Assembly (NCBI GenBank): GCA_964016885.1
Contig: OZ024740.1
Span: 395,374,001 to 395,438,000 of the forward strand
Source of the DNA: Eledone cirrhosa
Lineage: Eukaryota
Length of the DNA stretch: 64,000 nucleotides
Direction: 5' to 3'
The position numbers and the translations under genes were made by a program. Each line of letters starts with the position of its first letter. The stretch's first letter is position 1. Of the stretch, positions 39,338-54,470 are shown in pieces. The notes under the pieces are model-generated. The model was not told the origin of the DNA, searched no databases, and worked only from the letters and a program-made list of their open reading frames with translations.

Positions 39338-41305
39338 TTAGGTAAGGCGGGTCTTCTCTATTACTGAGTACCGCCAAAGGTCTCGGTCCAGTGACATTGT
39401 CTTGGAGAGGTGTAAGTGTGTGAGGTCGGAATTTATCAGCTCGTCCCAGGTTTTTCTGGGTCTGCCTACTCCGTAGCTACCGTCTATCTTTATTGCCCTG
39501 CACTTTGTTATAAAGCTGTCGTCTTTCATGCGCATCACGTGACCATACCAACGTAGCCTTCTCTCGAGTAAACAACATCTGATCCCTCTTATTTCTAATT
39601 TTTTCCTTAGTTCGTTTATGCTTTGCCGTTCACGTATGTTACTATTACACATCCAGCGGAGCATGCAAGCTTCGTTCCTCTCTAGTCTGCGTATATCCTC
39701 TGCACACAATGCCCAGGTCTCACTGCCATGCAACATTGATGTTCGTATGCAGGCATCATACAACCTGCCTTTCATTTTTAGGGAGAACCCTTTAGTGGCT
39801 AATAGTGGTATAAGCTCTCTGAACTTTTTCCATCCAGTTCTGACTCTAGCTACTGTACTTTCAGAGCACTCTCCTCCACTGCTGATTTTGTCACCCAGGT
39901 AACGGAAGCTGTCCACTATTTCTATAGAACCCTCTGCGCAATTGAAAGAGCTAGTATTTTGTGGGCACTTGCTGCTACTTATTGCACCAGAGCACCGGCC
40001 ACATGTAAAATCTATGTTCTTAGTTAGCTTACCTGTGATCCCACTACATCTTTTATGCACCCATACTTTGCATTTGGGACATAAAATGGAGTTTCTACCT
40101 ACGCCTTTCCTACACACTGAGCATGGCCATTTCCCGGAAGGGACAGTCGCCTTATTTTCTTTCCTACAAACTAGAACTTTAGTCTTAGCAAGGTTGATTT
40201 TAAGCCCTTTTGATTCTAGGCCATGCTTCCATGTTTGGAATTTCTTCTCTAGCTCGGCCATTGATTCAGCTATGAGCGTTAGATCATCTGCGTATAGGAG
40301 TTCCCATGGGCAGCCGGTCTTGAACTCCACTGTTATAGCCTGAAGGGCAATAATAAATAGTAGGGGGCTAAGAACAGAGCCCTGATGTACACCAACTTTT
40401 ACACTAAACTCTTCACTATATTCGTTGTTAATTCTAACCTTGCTGACTGTTTCTTTATACATGGCTTGTATAGCTCTCACAAGCCATTCGTCAACACCTA
40501 GTTTTCTAAGGGCCCACCAGATAATGGAACGGGGGACTCTGTCGAAGGCTTTCTCCAAGTCAATAAAAGCTAAGTATAGGGGTTTACTTTTAGCTAGGTA
40601 CTTCTCCTGTAGTTGTCGTACAATGAAAAGAGTGTCTGTGGTACTTTTGCCTGACACAAAACCGAACTGCATTTCATCTAGATCAATTCTCTCTCTGATT
40701 AGTTGCGCTATAACTTTTTCCGTGACCTTCATGACCTGGTTGATTAATTTAATACCTCTATAGTTACTCCTATCTAGGGCATCTCCTTTACCCTTGTAAC
40801 AGTTAATGATGATGCTGCTACGCCAGTCCATCGGAACAACCCCATTCTGTATGACTTGGTTTACTATCTGGGTGACCATGGTGTGTCCCACCGTTCCAGA
40901 GGCTTTCAGCATCTCAGCAACTATTTCCGAAGGCCCAGCAGCCTTACCCATCTTCATATCTTTGATTGCCTTACTTATTATACTACCTTCGACTAACACT
41001 GCCGGTCCCTCTATTGGGTCGATGTGGGGGAGACTGTCTTTCTCCCATTTAATCTTCTCATTTAGAAGCCTTTCGTAGTGACACTTCCAAGCTACCTTCT
41101 TATCAGCATCAGTGATGGCAAGTACACCATCATCATTAAGTACACACTTCTCCCCGACAATATCACGGTTTTCCTTGACACATTGCCTAGCAATCCTGAA
41201 CACCTCACGTTTTTGGTCCTCACGTTGTAGAACATGCTTGAACTTTCTTTCCTCTGCTTCTCTTCTTGCGAAGTACACTTGTCTCCTAGCTTCCCTCCTG
41301 GCCAC
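39338..41305 (-). pseudogene. RTE ORF, RT + PHD-like Cys/His finger + C-terminal part
   Basis: NYRGIKL, FIDLEKAFD, GVHQGS, LLYADD; CSVC...[12 protein letters not shown]...CGRC; RRLRWYGHV. Confidence 0.9.
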
Positions 41306-41367
41306 TTGATAGTCTTCTCTACTTCCCCCATCCCGCCATACTTTCCAAGCCTGCTTTTTGGCCTTAA

Positions 41368-42528
41368 TTACTCCTCCACCTTACTGTTCCACCACCATGT
41401 TACTCTCCTCCTACCTACAGGCCTGCTCCAGCCACAGACTTCGTCTGCCGCCGTCAGCAGGTTTGCTTTCAGGAATTCCCACTGTTCCTCTATATTATCT
41501 GACTCTAATTGCTCTTCCTTACTGTCGAAAGCATCAAGTAACATGCTTTGGAATTTATTTCTGGCTGTGGGGTCCTTTAACTTCCATATTTTTCTCCTGA
41601 GAATAGTCCTCTTCTGTTGTCTAGTATGTCTCGTCCTGACTATGAGGTCGCTAATTAGCAGTCTATGTTGGGAGGTGCATTCTTCATGGGGGAGGGATTT
41701 AGTGTTTACAACAGACACTCTGTCGCGTCCTCTGGTAAGGATATAATCTACCTGGCTGGTATGTTCCCCCGATCTGTAGGTGATCAAGTGATTGTCTCGT
41801 TTTTTGAAGTTAGTGTTACAGATAGTTAGGTTATTTGCATCACAGAAATCCAGGATTCTGGAGCCTTCCTCATTTCTAGTACCAAACCCATAGCCTCCGT
41901 GGATTCCGTCATAGCCGTCACAATGTTGACCAACGTGGCCATTTAGGTCGCCTGCAATAATTATATAGTCACTGTCGGTTATTTGGGAGGTAGTGAGCAT
42001 CAGTGTCTCATAGAATCTGTCTTTTATAGCGCCAGGGAGTCCGGATTGGGGCACGTATGCCGATATTACTGTCACAGTAGTTCTATTTAGAACAAGTCTT
42101 ATTTTAATTATTCTGTCATTTACTCTATTTACATCTATTATCTTATCCACCCATTTTTCTGCTAACATGATTCCTACCCCTCCTATCCCATTGTCATTTC
42201 CCACCCAGAAGAGCTTATAGCAACGTTTTTTACCCACACTGAATCTAGCAGACCCGCCCCTCCACCTGGTCTCTTGGATACAGCAAACATCAACCTCCTT
42301 ATGTTCAAGCATTTCTACAACCTCGTTAGAGCGGCCTTTTAAGGTGCCTACATTTATGGTACCAACTCTGAAGTTTTGGATTGTGTTTGGAGGATGGGGC
42401 GCAGGGATGGGTGAGGGGGATGGGGTTGGGGTTATGTTGGCCATCCGCGGCCGAAACAAAGAGGAGGGGGACTTGCCCTTTCGTCCGGCAGCATGAGGTG
42501 AATTTGTCGTTATCTTTGGCATTGTCAT
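41368..42528 (-). pseudogene. RTE ORF, APE endonuclease part
   Basis: VGTINVGTL, CIQETRW, AGDLNGHVG, QVDYIL, SQHRLL motifs. Confidence 0.9.
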
Positions 42529-42996
42529 CGAGTGTCCAGATTCTTCAGACTCTCCAGAAATTCCTTAGTCCATCCATCATATCGAAAAGCAGCCAGAAGT
42601 GATAGCATAGGCTGTTGACTTGTGATTGGTCCAAATAATAAGGTGGAGAGTGGGGGCGGGAGGGAGGGGTATGGGGTAGTTAGCAAAGTGGGGTAGTTAA
42701 AAATATAGTTAAAAATACAAGAAGATTATTTAGAAACAACCAGACAGAATTATAGAATAGAATAAATATGAATGAATGAACCGACAGGCTGGAGAGAGAT
42801 CAGAAAAATGGCATTTACATTATAATTCGCAGGAACGAGGTCTCACCATTTTTGAGCGTTGACAAATTCTGGGATTCTTACCTCGCTACAGGTTTATTTA
42901 TATTTGGAGAGATATATATATGTATTGAAGTTTCCGTTGAAAATTGAAAAAGTCATAGGAGTGAAGAGTGCTCTATGCAAGTGCCAGAGCTAAATT

Positions 42997-43347
42997 TAAT
43001 GTATAATAAACAATACAATATAATTACCTCATTACCAGAGGTTTCCCGAATAAGACGAATACGAAAAACGTCCTCATTCGTTCGTCAGATAAGGCAAATT
43101 AAAACATAGTGAAATATTTGAAAAATCTCCTCAAGAAAGGCAAAAGTTTAACGGGCAAAGAAAAAAAATAAAAATATAATATTTTTTTCGCCTTTTAAAC
43201 TTTTGCCTTTCTTGAGGAGATTTTTCAAATATTTCACTATGTTTTAATTTGCCTTATCTGACGAACGAATGAGGACGTTTTTCGTATTCGTCTTATTCGG
43301 GAAACCTCTGATAATGAGGTAATTATATTGTATTGTTTATTATACAT

Positions 43348-43349
<2 letters not shown>
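42997..43349. repeat. 155-bp near-perfect inverted repeat (43-bp spacer) carrying a hammerhead-like motif in each arm
   Basis: 42997-43151 is the reverse complement of 43195-43349. CTGACGA (43258)...GAAA-CCTCtgataatGAGG-TA (43301-43321). Confidence 0.9.
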
Positions 43350-43412
<63 letters not shown>

Positions 43413-44979
43413 ACATTGTATAACAAGTTGTAGCCTGTCACTACTGAATGACAACCTCAGATATTTCAATTGATAAGACAACAACAAACATTTACAACAG
43501 TGATTTTACCATTCAGTGAGATTTGGATATTGGATATTAAATGTAGAAGAACTAGTAATGAGAGACTTGGTCAGCAAATATGGGAAATCTGAAGCAGCTA
43601 GAAAAAAAAAAAGAATTGTTTTAGGACTCATTTGATGTTAAACCTTGATTTGTTTAGAAAGCAAATGAGAAAGTTAAGTGAAGGAATAATCGAACATTAG
43701 TAGAATCATTTAGTTTGAATAGAAGGGGCAGGTGTGTTAGTAGGCATATATACAAATGAACAATTTGGGTTGGGCAAAGGGGTGTGGCATTGTGCTTAAC
43801 TTAAGAGTACCTGAGATGGAGGTAGACCAAGAAAGATGTAGAAATAAATGATTTAACATGACCACCTGGTCCTTCAGTACTCATTCACAAAGAAACATAA
43901 ATATCCAAATACATACACATATACAGAAATATTATATTTGTCACATATATTTCAACCAAATTATCAACCTGATATAAGTTCCTCCCACCCGTCTATGAAA
44001 CCCTGAAAAGACTCCTACGCAGGTCCCTTCCTTCTCTAGCTACTGAAAAAAAGAAACAAAAAAAAAACAATCAAATTTGCGAGACAACATTATTCTTTTT
44101 ACTCCCCTTCCATCCCCCTAAATAGTCCCACTTGGACAGGTCATCATGCCCACCCACCCTCTAGGGTAGAGAGTGTTCTTCAGATGACTGAATCAATGAC
44201 CAAAAGCCTTCCTAGTGTTGGTGTCGAAATAATATACACCCAATGTACTCTGTAAAGTGGTTGGTGTTAGGAAGGGCATCCGGTCATAGAAAGCAAGCCA
44301 AAAAGGGTTGAAAGGAATTTTCAATCACATCATAGATATGGCAACCTCTCTAGTGCTGAAGTCACAAAATATACACCCAGTACATTATGTGAAGTGCTAG
44401 GAAACTTTACAAAACAAAAGGTTTAGAGGACTCCAGTTATGTCAACATGACAATTTCCCTGGTGTTGGTGCCATAACAAAATACATTCAGTACACTGTGT
44501 AAAATGCTAAAATATATGTAAACAAATTTCAGCCCTTGCCCTTCTCATAGTTCACTATGGCACCAATTAAGTGCTAATTTGTTCTGTGACACAACATCCA
44601 GCCCTTGCTAACAGGGAAAATGGCTGCTAAATGATGATGATAATACCAGAGATGATTAACATGGAAGAGACAACTAAGTGTTCATTACAGCTATGACTGT
44701 AAGTGTACCACTATGGATTTCATCTTCATGTAGTGTAGCTAGGACAAATTAGCCAGGTATATCTTTTTAACAGTTTAGTTAGAAGGAAAAGCAGTGGCCA
44801 TAACTGTTTACAAAGCCTCTAAGTGTGGTGGTAAAGTTTGGCCTTTTGAATTTATGGTACAATGCAACTGAATGTCTTCCAGAGAGTTTCCATCTACACA
44901 ATTTTAATCACAAGATGCTATGCAGTGGGATTGATCCAGGGACTTCATGATTGCTAAGCAAACTTCTCAACCATTTATT

Positions 44980-45410
44980 AATAATAATAATGGAATTATT
45001 GTGTACAATGCTCAGGTGCACTACAACTCATCAAAGGTGCATGTATAGTACATAGGATAATGTACAAATGTCAGGAAAGTGAACAGTGTATGAGTTATGA
45101 TATACACACAGATACATGTGTGTGTGTGTGCGTGTGTGTGTGTATGGAGGGGAAAATATCAGGTGTAGTGTTGGCAAATTTCAGGAAGCATGGAGGTATT
45201 AAAGGATGCAGTGTCTCAGCAGCTAACAACGGATGCAGGTAGTTTATTCCATGCTTCAGCAACTCTGAGCATGAAAATATGTTTCTGAAAGTCATGGGAG
45301 CTGTGTTGTTTTCTGACTTTGTAGGCATGTCCATACATGGAATTCAAAAAGGTGTTCAGGGTTGTTGTTGGCAAGATGGTTAATAATTTTGTGGGTATTT
45401 TCAAGTCAGC
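44980..45410 (-). mobile_element. CR1-type LINE 3' fragment
   Basis: Homologous to 29373-29830. Confidence 0.8.
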
Positions 45411-45438
45411 ATACATCTAAAGAAAAACAATTGCTTGT

Positions 45439-45510
45439 CTTTCTAGCAGGGAATCAAACCCTGGACTTCTGTGTGACAGGTGGGGGATATTTACCACTAT
45501 AGCATGGCCT
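45439..45510 (-). pseudogene. tRNA-Asp(GTC) pseudogene
   Basis: Minus strand TATAGTGGTAAATATCCCCCACCTGTCACACAGAAGTCCAGGGTTTGATTCCC resembles eukaryotic tRNA-Asp with CpG decay and broken stems. Confidence 0.65.
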
Positions 45511-47526
45511 TGTAACAGTTTGTGAAATTAATGACAGTCTGATGAAGTGGTCATTAACACATGCATACAAAGGGGTGAATAATAGCACTCCATTGGTCAG
45601 CTGGCTAAGCCAATAATATTAGCTGTATTATTATTATAATTGTGTTTCATCTTGTGACTAAAAGTAACCAGTCCACTTAAGGACCTATCAAGGTGATGAG
45701 GAAATCAATGAATACTTGCAGATAAATGAACTGATAATAATTTATAATTCCTAAATGATATATTTCAGTTTCTTTATTTTTATATATACTGTAGCTTATT
45801 GACAAACACCACCACCACCACTACCACCACTATTATTTTTCTGCTGCAAATTATTGACAAGGCTTTGTATGTCTTGAAGTGCTAAGCTGACACTACTCAA
45901 GGAGCAATTAAAACTCTTTATTAGCTTTCCTTACTATTTTCTTTCTTCTTCTATTTTACTTATTTTTATGTTTTTGTTGTTGTTTATTTGGTTTTTAATA
46001 GTTTTGTTTGATTTTGTTGTTTCGGAAAAGTCTCTGGAATATATTCTGAAAACACTCTCTCAAATACAATACAGGACCCTTTCACAAATGCAATTACACA
46101 CTATACATGCATATATAATCTCACTCATAGATTATAAAGTATCTTACATGGCAAAATAGTGTATTTTTATTGTTTTTTCTTTCTGATTATTTTTATATTT
46201 ATTACTTTTCTCTTTGGATACTTTCTTTCCATTTATCCTTTTTTGGTTTTTTTCTCCATTCATTTCTATTTACCTCTAATCTCATTTTTTTTTTTTTCAG
46301 CATTTTACTTCAATTTTTTTCTGTCTATTTATTTCCAAAACGTACTTCTTCTTTTCTTTTTTGGGGGCAATTTCAAAAATGTCTTAATCACCAAAGAATA
46401 AAATATACATGCATTATATTTGGTTTATCCTTCTTTTTAACTTACAATATTGATATTAAACATGTCTTTGAAGTATTCCCGTCTATTATTTGCAAGTTGA
46501 TAAGTTTCCTTGGCATGCTGGCACCAAATCTAGTTAGCAAGAAGCTATGTACATATAAGCTGGCAAACCACAATTGTATTTGAAGGATCAAATTGAAATT
46601 CCAGCCACCATCATTCCCACATTACCCAAACACTATAAAAATTATCACTACTTGCCATCATCATCATTTTAATCACCACAAACCTCAATATCACCACTAC
46701 TGCTAATATCAACACCACCACTGTCTACCACTACAATTACATGCTTCACAGCAATATATATATATATATATATCATCATCATGATCATCATCATCATCAC
46801 TGTTTAACATTCGTTTCTCCACGTTGGCATGGGTTAGAAGAGTTATCCTGTTGTGAGTGATGCTAGGTCAAATGACCATGTCTTCCTCGTACAGAACTGA
46901 TTTTGGCTTGGTTTCTACAGCTAGATGCTCTTCCTAGCGCCAATCTCATTTACAGTGTGGACTGGGTGCTTTTTGCTGTGACACCTACACAACCACTTTA
47001 CAGTGTGGGCTGGACGTTTTTTGTCATGTTGCCATCACGATCACTTTACATGTGGGCTGGAGGCTTCACTGGATATAAGCAATAAATTACTGCTTTCACC
47101 CAAGTGGCATCTTCTGAAACTGGGAAAAATTAATCTATAGATGCAGAAGTAAATATTTCAAAAATGTTACAACCAATTATTGCCTTTAGAAATATGAAGA
47201 CATAATGGCAGTAAGTGAAGATGTTCTCTTGAGATGGGCGAAATGTATGCAAGGATAATTACATCATCAATTCAGCTATTCTAAGAGGAATATCAGTCTC
47301 CTGATTTTTCCATAACAATAATGTTTTCTCCTTAGCAAGAATTGTATTCATATGATGGGCTTCCAGAGAATTTCCACCTACTAAATTCACTGATAAGTCA
47401 TTGGTTGGTCTCAGATGTCACATACTGAGATTGAACGTGAATCCATATGGTTGTGAAGAAAACTTATTAATTATACAGTCAAACATTCACCTCATATATA
47501 TGATAGAATATATATATATACACACA

Positions 47527-47601
47527 CAGGGTGTCCCGAAAATGTCTACACACTTCAACAGCATTCTAATAAATGCATATACATTTTGGGGGGACACTCT
47601 G
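47527..47601. mobile_element. 75-bp Tc1/mariner-type MITE
   Basis: CAGGGTGTCCCGAAAATGT ... ACATTTTGGGGGGACACTCTG|TA. Confidence 0.65.
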
Positions 47602-48110
47602 TATTTGTATTGTGTACATTTTCCCTAGCTTCTAGCTCATACACTCACACACATGCTCTCTCTCTCTCTCACACTTTTGATGAGAGAAAGAAGAGTTGTT
47701 CATGTTGATACAAACTGTACTGATGACAATGCAATGATTTGAACTGTAGTGAATAAACAATTATGAAGAAAACTGTCAGTATTTGGATGTTTTTTTAAAA
47801 GAACAGCAAGGAAATTAGTCAGTTCACAAACAATCAATTAGATCTGTTTATTTAAAAAAAAGACTCCAATACGAAATAGAAAGTAGTAGTAGTAGTAGTA
47901 GTAGTGGTAGCGGTGGTGGTAGTAGTGGTGGTGGTGGTAGTAGTAGTGGTAGTAGTGGTGGTGGTAATGGTAGTGGTAGTAGTAGCAGTAGTAGTATTGG
48001 TAGTGGTGGTGGTGGAAACAGCAGAGACCACTAAGGAGTTAGTTAAGCAAACACTCATTAACCCTTAAAGCAAATAATAATTGAAGGTAAACAATTTAAT
48101 CATGAAAACA

Positions 48111-48146
<36 letters not shown>

Positions 48147-48486
48147 CCGATATACATATATACATATGAGCATACATACATACATACATACATATGTATA
48201 TGTGTATGTGTGTATACTTTATCATTACTGTTGCTGTTCATTGTATTTCTTCTTGTTGTTGTTGTTACTGTTGTTGTTATTAACAACAACTAGAAAATCA
48301 TTATAATCATCATTGTGAGTTTAGATTTAAAAACAAAAATATATATTATTGATTGCTATTGATTCAGTTTGCTATGAATGCTCAGATTTTGCTACAATAG
48401 ACTCACACAAGAAATTGAATATGATAATACCTGGTTGAAAATGAGACAGCAAAAATAATAACAGCAACAACATCAACAATAATGAT

Positions 48487-48676
48487 AATAATTGTTTCTA
48501 CTTTAGGCACAAGGCCAGCAATTACCCAGTGCATTACTGGTACTTTATTTTATCGACCCCGTAAGGATGAAAGGCAAAGTCAACCTCGGCGGGATTTGAA
48601 CTCAGATCGTAAAGGAACGTAACTATGCTGGAAAGCATGGCGTCCGACCCTCCACCGATACTGCCAATCCACCGCC
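48487..48676 (-). mobile_element. Full-length SINE family A
   Basis: GGCGGTGGATTGGCAGTATCGG (A box), GAGTTCAAATCC (B box), central box and (ATT)n tail. Confidence 0.9.
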
Positions 48677-48778
48677 TTCAATAATGATAATAATAGTTTC
48701 TAATTTAGGCACAAGGCCAGCAATTTGTGGGATGGGGTCAGTTGATTAAATCAACCCCAGAATTTGTCTGATACCTAC

Positions 48779-48817
<39 letters not shown>

Positions 48818-49989
48818 CCCACTCTGCATCTCGCCATACATTAAATATTGCCATGATTAGTAGTCTCACAGGCTCAGCACCACAGACTCTCTACCCCCCC
48901 CCCCCCCTCTCTCTGTCTCTCTCTCTCTATGTATGTATATATGTATATGCATATATGTATATATGTATATGTGTATATGTATATGTGTATATGCGTATAT
49001 GTATATGTGTATATGTATAGGTATATATGTATATATGTATATATGTATATGTATATATGTGTATATGTATATGTGTATATGTATATGTATATATGTATAT
49101 GTGTATATGTATATATGCATCTCCGGTATTTCCTAATGTTTGTTGAATGAGTTGGAAATTGGTCGGAGTATCGCTAATAGCTTTCTCCGTTTATGTAGTT
49201 ATGTAATATACTCTTGGATCACCAGGCATGAACTTTCCCAATATAAGGTATGACTCTCTCTGTTTATTTTTTCATATGAATATTGATTGTTTGTTCCTGT
49301 ATCTCGTATCTGTTATTTTGCCTGAGAAAATATCTCTATGTGTCCTTAAACAGTCATCATCATCATCATCATTTTACGTCCGCTTTTCCCTGCTTGCAAG
49401 GGTGGGACAAGAACTGATTCTGGCTTCATTTCTACAGCTGGATCCCCTTCCTAACACCAACTTAATTTACAGTGAGTGCTGGGTGCTTTTTTGCCGTGGT
49501 ACCTCCACGACCACTTTGCAGTGGAATGATATGGATCCCAGTCCCTATCATCTCATTTCTACAGCTGAGTAAACTGGAGCAATGTGAAATAAAGTGTCTT
49601 GCTCAAGGAAACAACATATCACCCGGTCTGTGAATTGAACTCACAACCTTTCGATTGCAAGGCCAATGCTCTAACCACTAAGCCATGTGCCTCCAAACAG
49701 TACACATATTTATTTTTTCATATCTAATTGACTTTTTCGCACGAGGCGTGAAGTCTTGTCAGAGTTCAATGACCTGCGTGTGTATTATTTTTCACGGTAG
49801 CCTCCTCCACCCATTTTAGGGACAGTGTGAGATTTTCTTTCGAACTGCTGGACTTACAACTTAACAGCTCCTTCTAGCACTGATGGTGATTATCGCTAAA
49901 TATTGACGTTGATTTAGTTATTAATATTAATATTATTTGGCACCCACTGAAGAATTGTAAGAGCCCACGTGCATAAGAATCCATTGATC

Positions 49990-50050
<61 letters not shown>

Positions 50051-50143
50051 GTATGTATATATATATATGTATGTATATATATATGTATATGTATGTATAT
50101 ATATATGTATATGTATATATATATGTATATGTATATATATATG

Positions 50144-50174
<31 letters not shown>

Positions 50175-50245
50175 GTATATATATATATATGTATATATAT
50201 GTATGTATATATATATATATATATATGTATGTATATATATATATG

Positions 50246-50288
<43 letters not shown>

Positions 50289-50579
50289 ATATATATATAT
50301 ATGTATGTATATATATATATATATGTGTGTATATATATATATATATGTGTGTATATATATATATGTATGTATATATATATGTATGTATATATATATATAT
50401 GTATGTATATATATATATATATGTATGTATATATATATATGTATGTATGTATATATATATGTATGTATGTATATATATATATATATGTATGTATATATAT
50501 ATATATATGTATGTATATATATATATATGTATGTATATATATATATATATGTATGTATATATATATATATATATGTATG

Positions 50580-50610
<31 letters not shown>

Positions 50611-51495
50611 ATATATATATATATATGTATGTATATATATATATATATGTATGTATATATATATATATATATGTATGTATATATATATATATGTATGTAT
50701 ATATATATATATATATGTATGTATATATATATATATATATGTATGTATATATATATGTATGTATATATATATATATGTATGTATATATATATATATATAT
50801 GTATGTATATATATATATATATGTATGTATATATATATATATATGTATGTATATACATATATATATATATGTATGTATATGTATGTCTCGTGGTCGGGTC
50901 GTTGGCGACTAAACTGGCAACCCCACCAAGGTTTCTTGGTGAGGAGGGTGACTTTGGACATCCTGCAGGACTAAAAACAAAACCTGTCAAAGGGCAAAGG
51001 AGCTCTTAAGAGTCAATGGCCATCCAAAATCACCGGGAGAGATGACCCCTTTAGCCTTAGTCAAGGCAGAATTCTAGGAGAAGGAAAACTCTGATATAAC
51101 ACCTGCAACCCTGATGGTATCCAATGATGTTGACTTGTTCTTCTTTTTGGTAAATATCATCTTGGTTAAGAGAGTGGGACTGGCTTTGTGCAGTGCCTTT
51201 GCTCACTATAAAAGCTTCACGGCACAGGCATTGCTTTATATCTGGAGATCTCTCTGCACTTGTCCTCACATGGGCCCAGCACTATGTGTCAATAATTGTC
51301 CTACCATGGGCCTAGCACTATGTGTCAATGATTGTCACAGGTGTAGTGTTTGTACCAGAGGTTTCAAGTCGCTGGCTGGACTAAAAAGTCACACTCGTTC
51401 AGCGCTTCGGTAGGGGTTATCCTACATGGATGTAAAGTAGTGGCCGTACTCGAAAACGAGTTGGCAGCCACCATATGTATGTATGTATATGTATG

Positions 51496-51554
<59 letters not shown>

Positions 51555-51611
51555 GTATGTATATGTATGTATGTATATATATATGTATATATATATATAT
51601 ATGTATGTATG

Positions 51612-51676
<65 letters not shown>

Positions 51677-51725
51677 ATATATGTATGTATGTATATATAT
51701 ATATGTATATGTATATATATATGTG

Positions 51726-51757
<32 letters not shown>

Positions 51758-51767
51758 TATATGTATG

Positions 51768-51857
<90 letters not shown>

Positions 51858-52209
51858 TGTATGTATATGTATGTATGTATATATGTATGTATGTATGTAT
51901 GTATATATATGTATGTATGTATATATATATATGTATGTATGTATATATATATATGTATGTATATATATATATATATATATGTATGTATATATATATATGT
52001 ATGTATATATATATATATATGTATGTATATATATATATATGTATGTATACATGTATGTATATATAGATGTATGTATACATGTATGTATATATAGATGTAT
52101 GTATATATGTATGTATACATGTATATATAGATGTATGTATATATGTATGTATATATATATATATATGTATGTATATATATATATATATGTATGTATATAT
52201 ATATGTATG

Positions 52210-52244
<35 letters not shown>

Positions 52245-52265
52245 GTATGTATATATATATGTATG

Positions 52266-52296
<31 letters not shown>

Positions 52297-52313
52297 GTAT
52301 ATATATATGTATG

Positions 52314-52347
<34 letters not shown>

Positions 52348-52812
52348 TATGTATGTATATATATATATATGAATATATATATGGATATATATATATATGT
52401 ATATATATATGTATGTATGTATATATGTATGTATGTATGTATATATATGTATGTATGTATATATATGTATGTATGTATATATATGTATGTATGTATATAT
52501 ATATATGTATGTATGTATATATATATATGTATGTATATATATATATATGTATGTATATATATATATGTATGTATATATATATATATGTATGTATATATAT
52601 ATATATGTATGTATACATGTATGTATATATAGATGTATGTATACATGTATGTATATATAGATGTATGTATATATGTATGTATACATGTATATATAGATGT
52701 ATGTATATATGTATGTATATATATATATATGAATGTATATATATATATATATATGTATGTATATATATATATATATGTATATATATATGTATGTATATAT
52801 ATATATATATGA

Positions 52813-52844
<32 letters not shown>

Positions 52845-52889
52845 GTATGTATATATATATATATATGAATATATATATATATATGTATG

Positions 52890-52922
<33 letters not shown>

Positions 52923-53613
52923 GTATATATGTATGTATATATATATATATATGTATATATATATGTATGTATATATATATATATATATGTATGTATATAT
53001 ATATATATGAATATATATATGGATATATATATATATGTATATATATATGTATGTATATATATATATATGAATATATATATGGATATATATATATATGTAT
53101 ATATATATGTATGTATGTATACATGTATGTATATATAGATGTATGTATACATGTATGTATATATAGATGTATATATGTATGTATACATGTATATATAGAT
53201 GTATGTATATATGTATGTATATATATATAAATGTATGTATATATATATATATATATGTATGTATATATATATGTATGTATATATATATATATGTATGTAT
53301 ATATATATATATGAATATATATATGGATATATATATATATGTATATATATATATATGTATATATATATATGTATGTATATATATATATGTATGTATATAT
53401 ATATATATGTATGTATATATATATATATGTATGTATATATATATATATATGTATGTATACATGTATGTATATATAGATGTATGTATACATGTATGTATAT
53501 ATAGATGTATGTATATATGTATGTATACATGTATATATAGATGTATGTATATATGTATGTATATATATATATATGTATATACATATATATATGTATGTAT
53601 ATATATATGTATG

Positions 53614-53648
<35 letters not shown>

Positions 53649-53669
53649 GTATGTATATATATATGTATG

Positions 53670-53700
<31 letters not shown>

Positions 53701-53713
53701 GTATATATGTATG

Positions 53714-53770
<57 letters not shown>

Positions 53771-54341
53771 GTATATATATATGTATATATATATGTATGT
53801 ATATATATATATATATGTATATATATATGTATATATATATGTATATATATATGTATGTATATATATATATATATGTATATATATATGTATGTATATATAT
53901 ATATGTATGTATATATATATATATGTATGTATATATATATGTATGTATATATATATGTATGTATATATATATATATGTATGTATATATATATGTATGTAT
54001 ATATATATATATATGTATGTATATATATATGTATGTATATATATATATATGTATGTATATATATATATATGAATATATATATGGATATATATATATGTAT
54101 ATATATATGTATGTATATATATATATGTATGTATATATATATATGTATGTATATATATATATATGTATGTATATATATATATGTATGTATATATATATAT
54201 GTATGCATATATATATATGTATGTATATATGTATGCATATATATATATGTATGTATATATATATGTATGTATATATATATGTATATATATATATATATGT
54301 ATGTATGTATATATATATATATATGTATATATATATCTATG

Positions 54342-54378
<37 letters not shown>

Positions 54379-54470
54379 GTATATATATGTATATATATGT
54401 ATGTATATATATATATGTATATATATATATGTATGTATATATATATGTATATATATATATGTATATATAT
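49990..54470. repeat. Large (TA)n/(TATG)n array interrupted by a retroelement
   Basis: Directly visible. Confidence 0.97.
50885..51475 (+). mobile_element. Short non-autonomous RTE-like retroelement, copy 2
   Basis: Near-identical to 26348-26895 and ~13 nt longer at the 5' end. Confidence 0.7.

Larger units (their letters stand above)
38953..42910 (-). mobile_element. Near full-length RTE-clade LINE (copy A) with one frameshift
   Basis: APE ORF 41368-42528 plus RT ORF 39338-41305; 3'UTR with (GAT)n tail. The 5' boundary is approximate. Confidence 0.9.

Noticed and set aside
47190-47210. 21-nt micro-exon candidate AG|AAATATGAAGACATAATGGCA|GTAAGT
   Set aside because: Such matches occur by chance and there is no supporting gene context.
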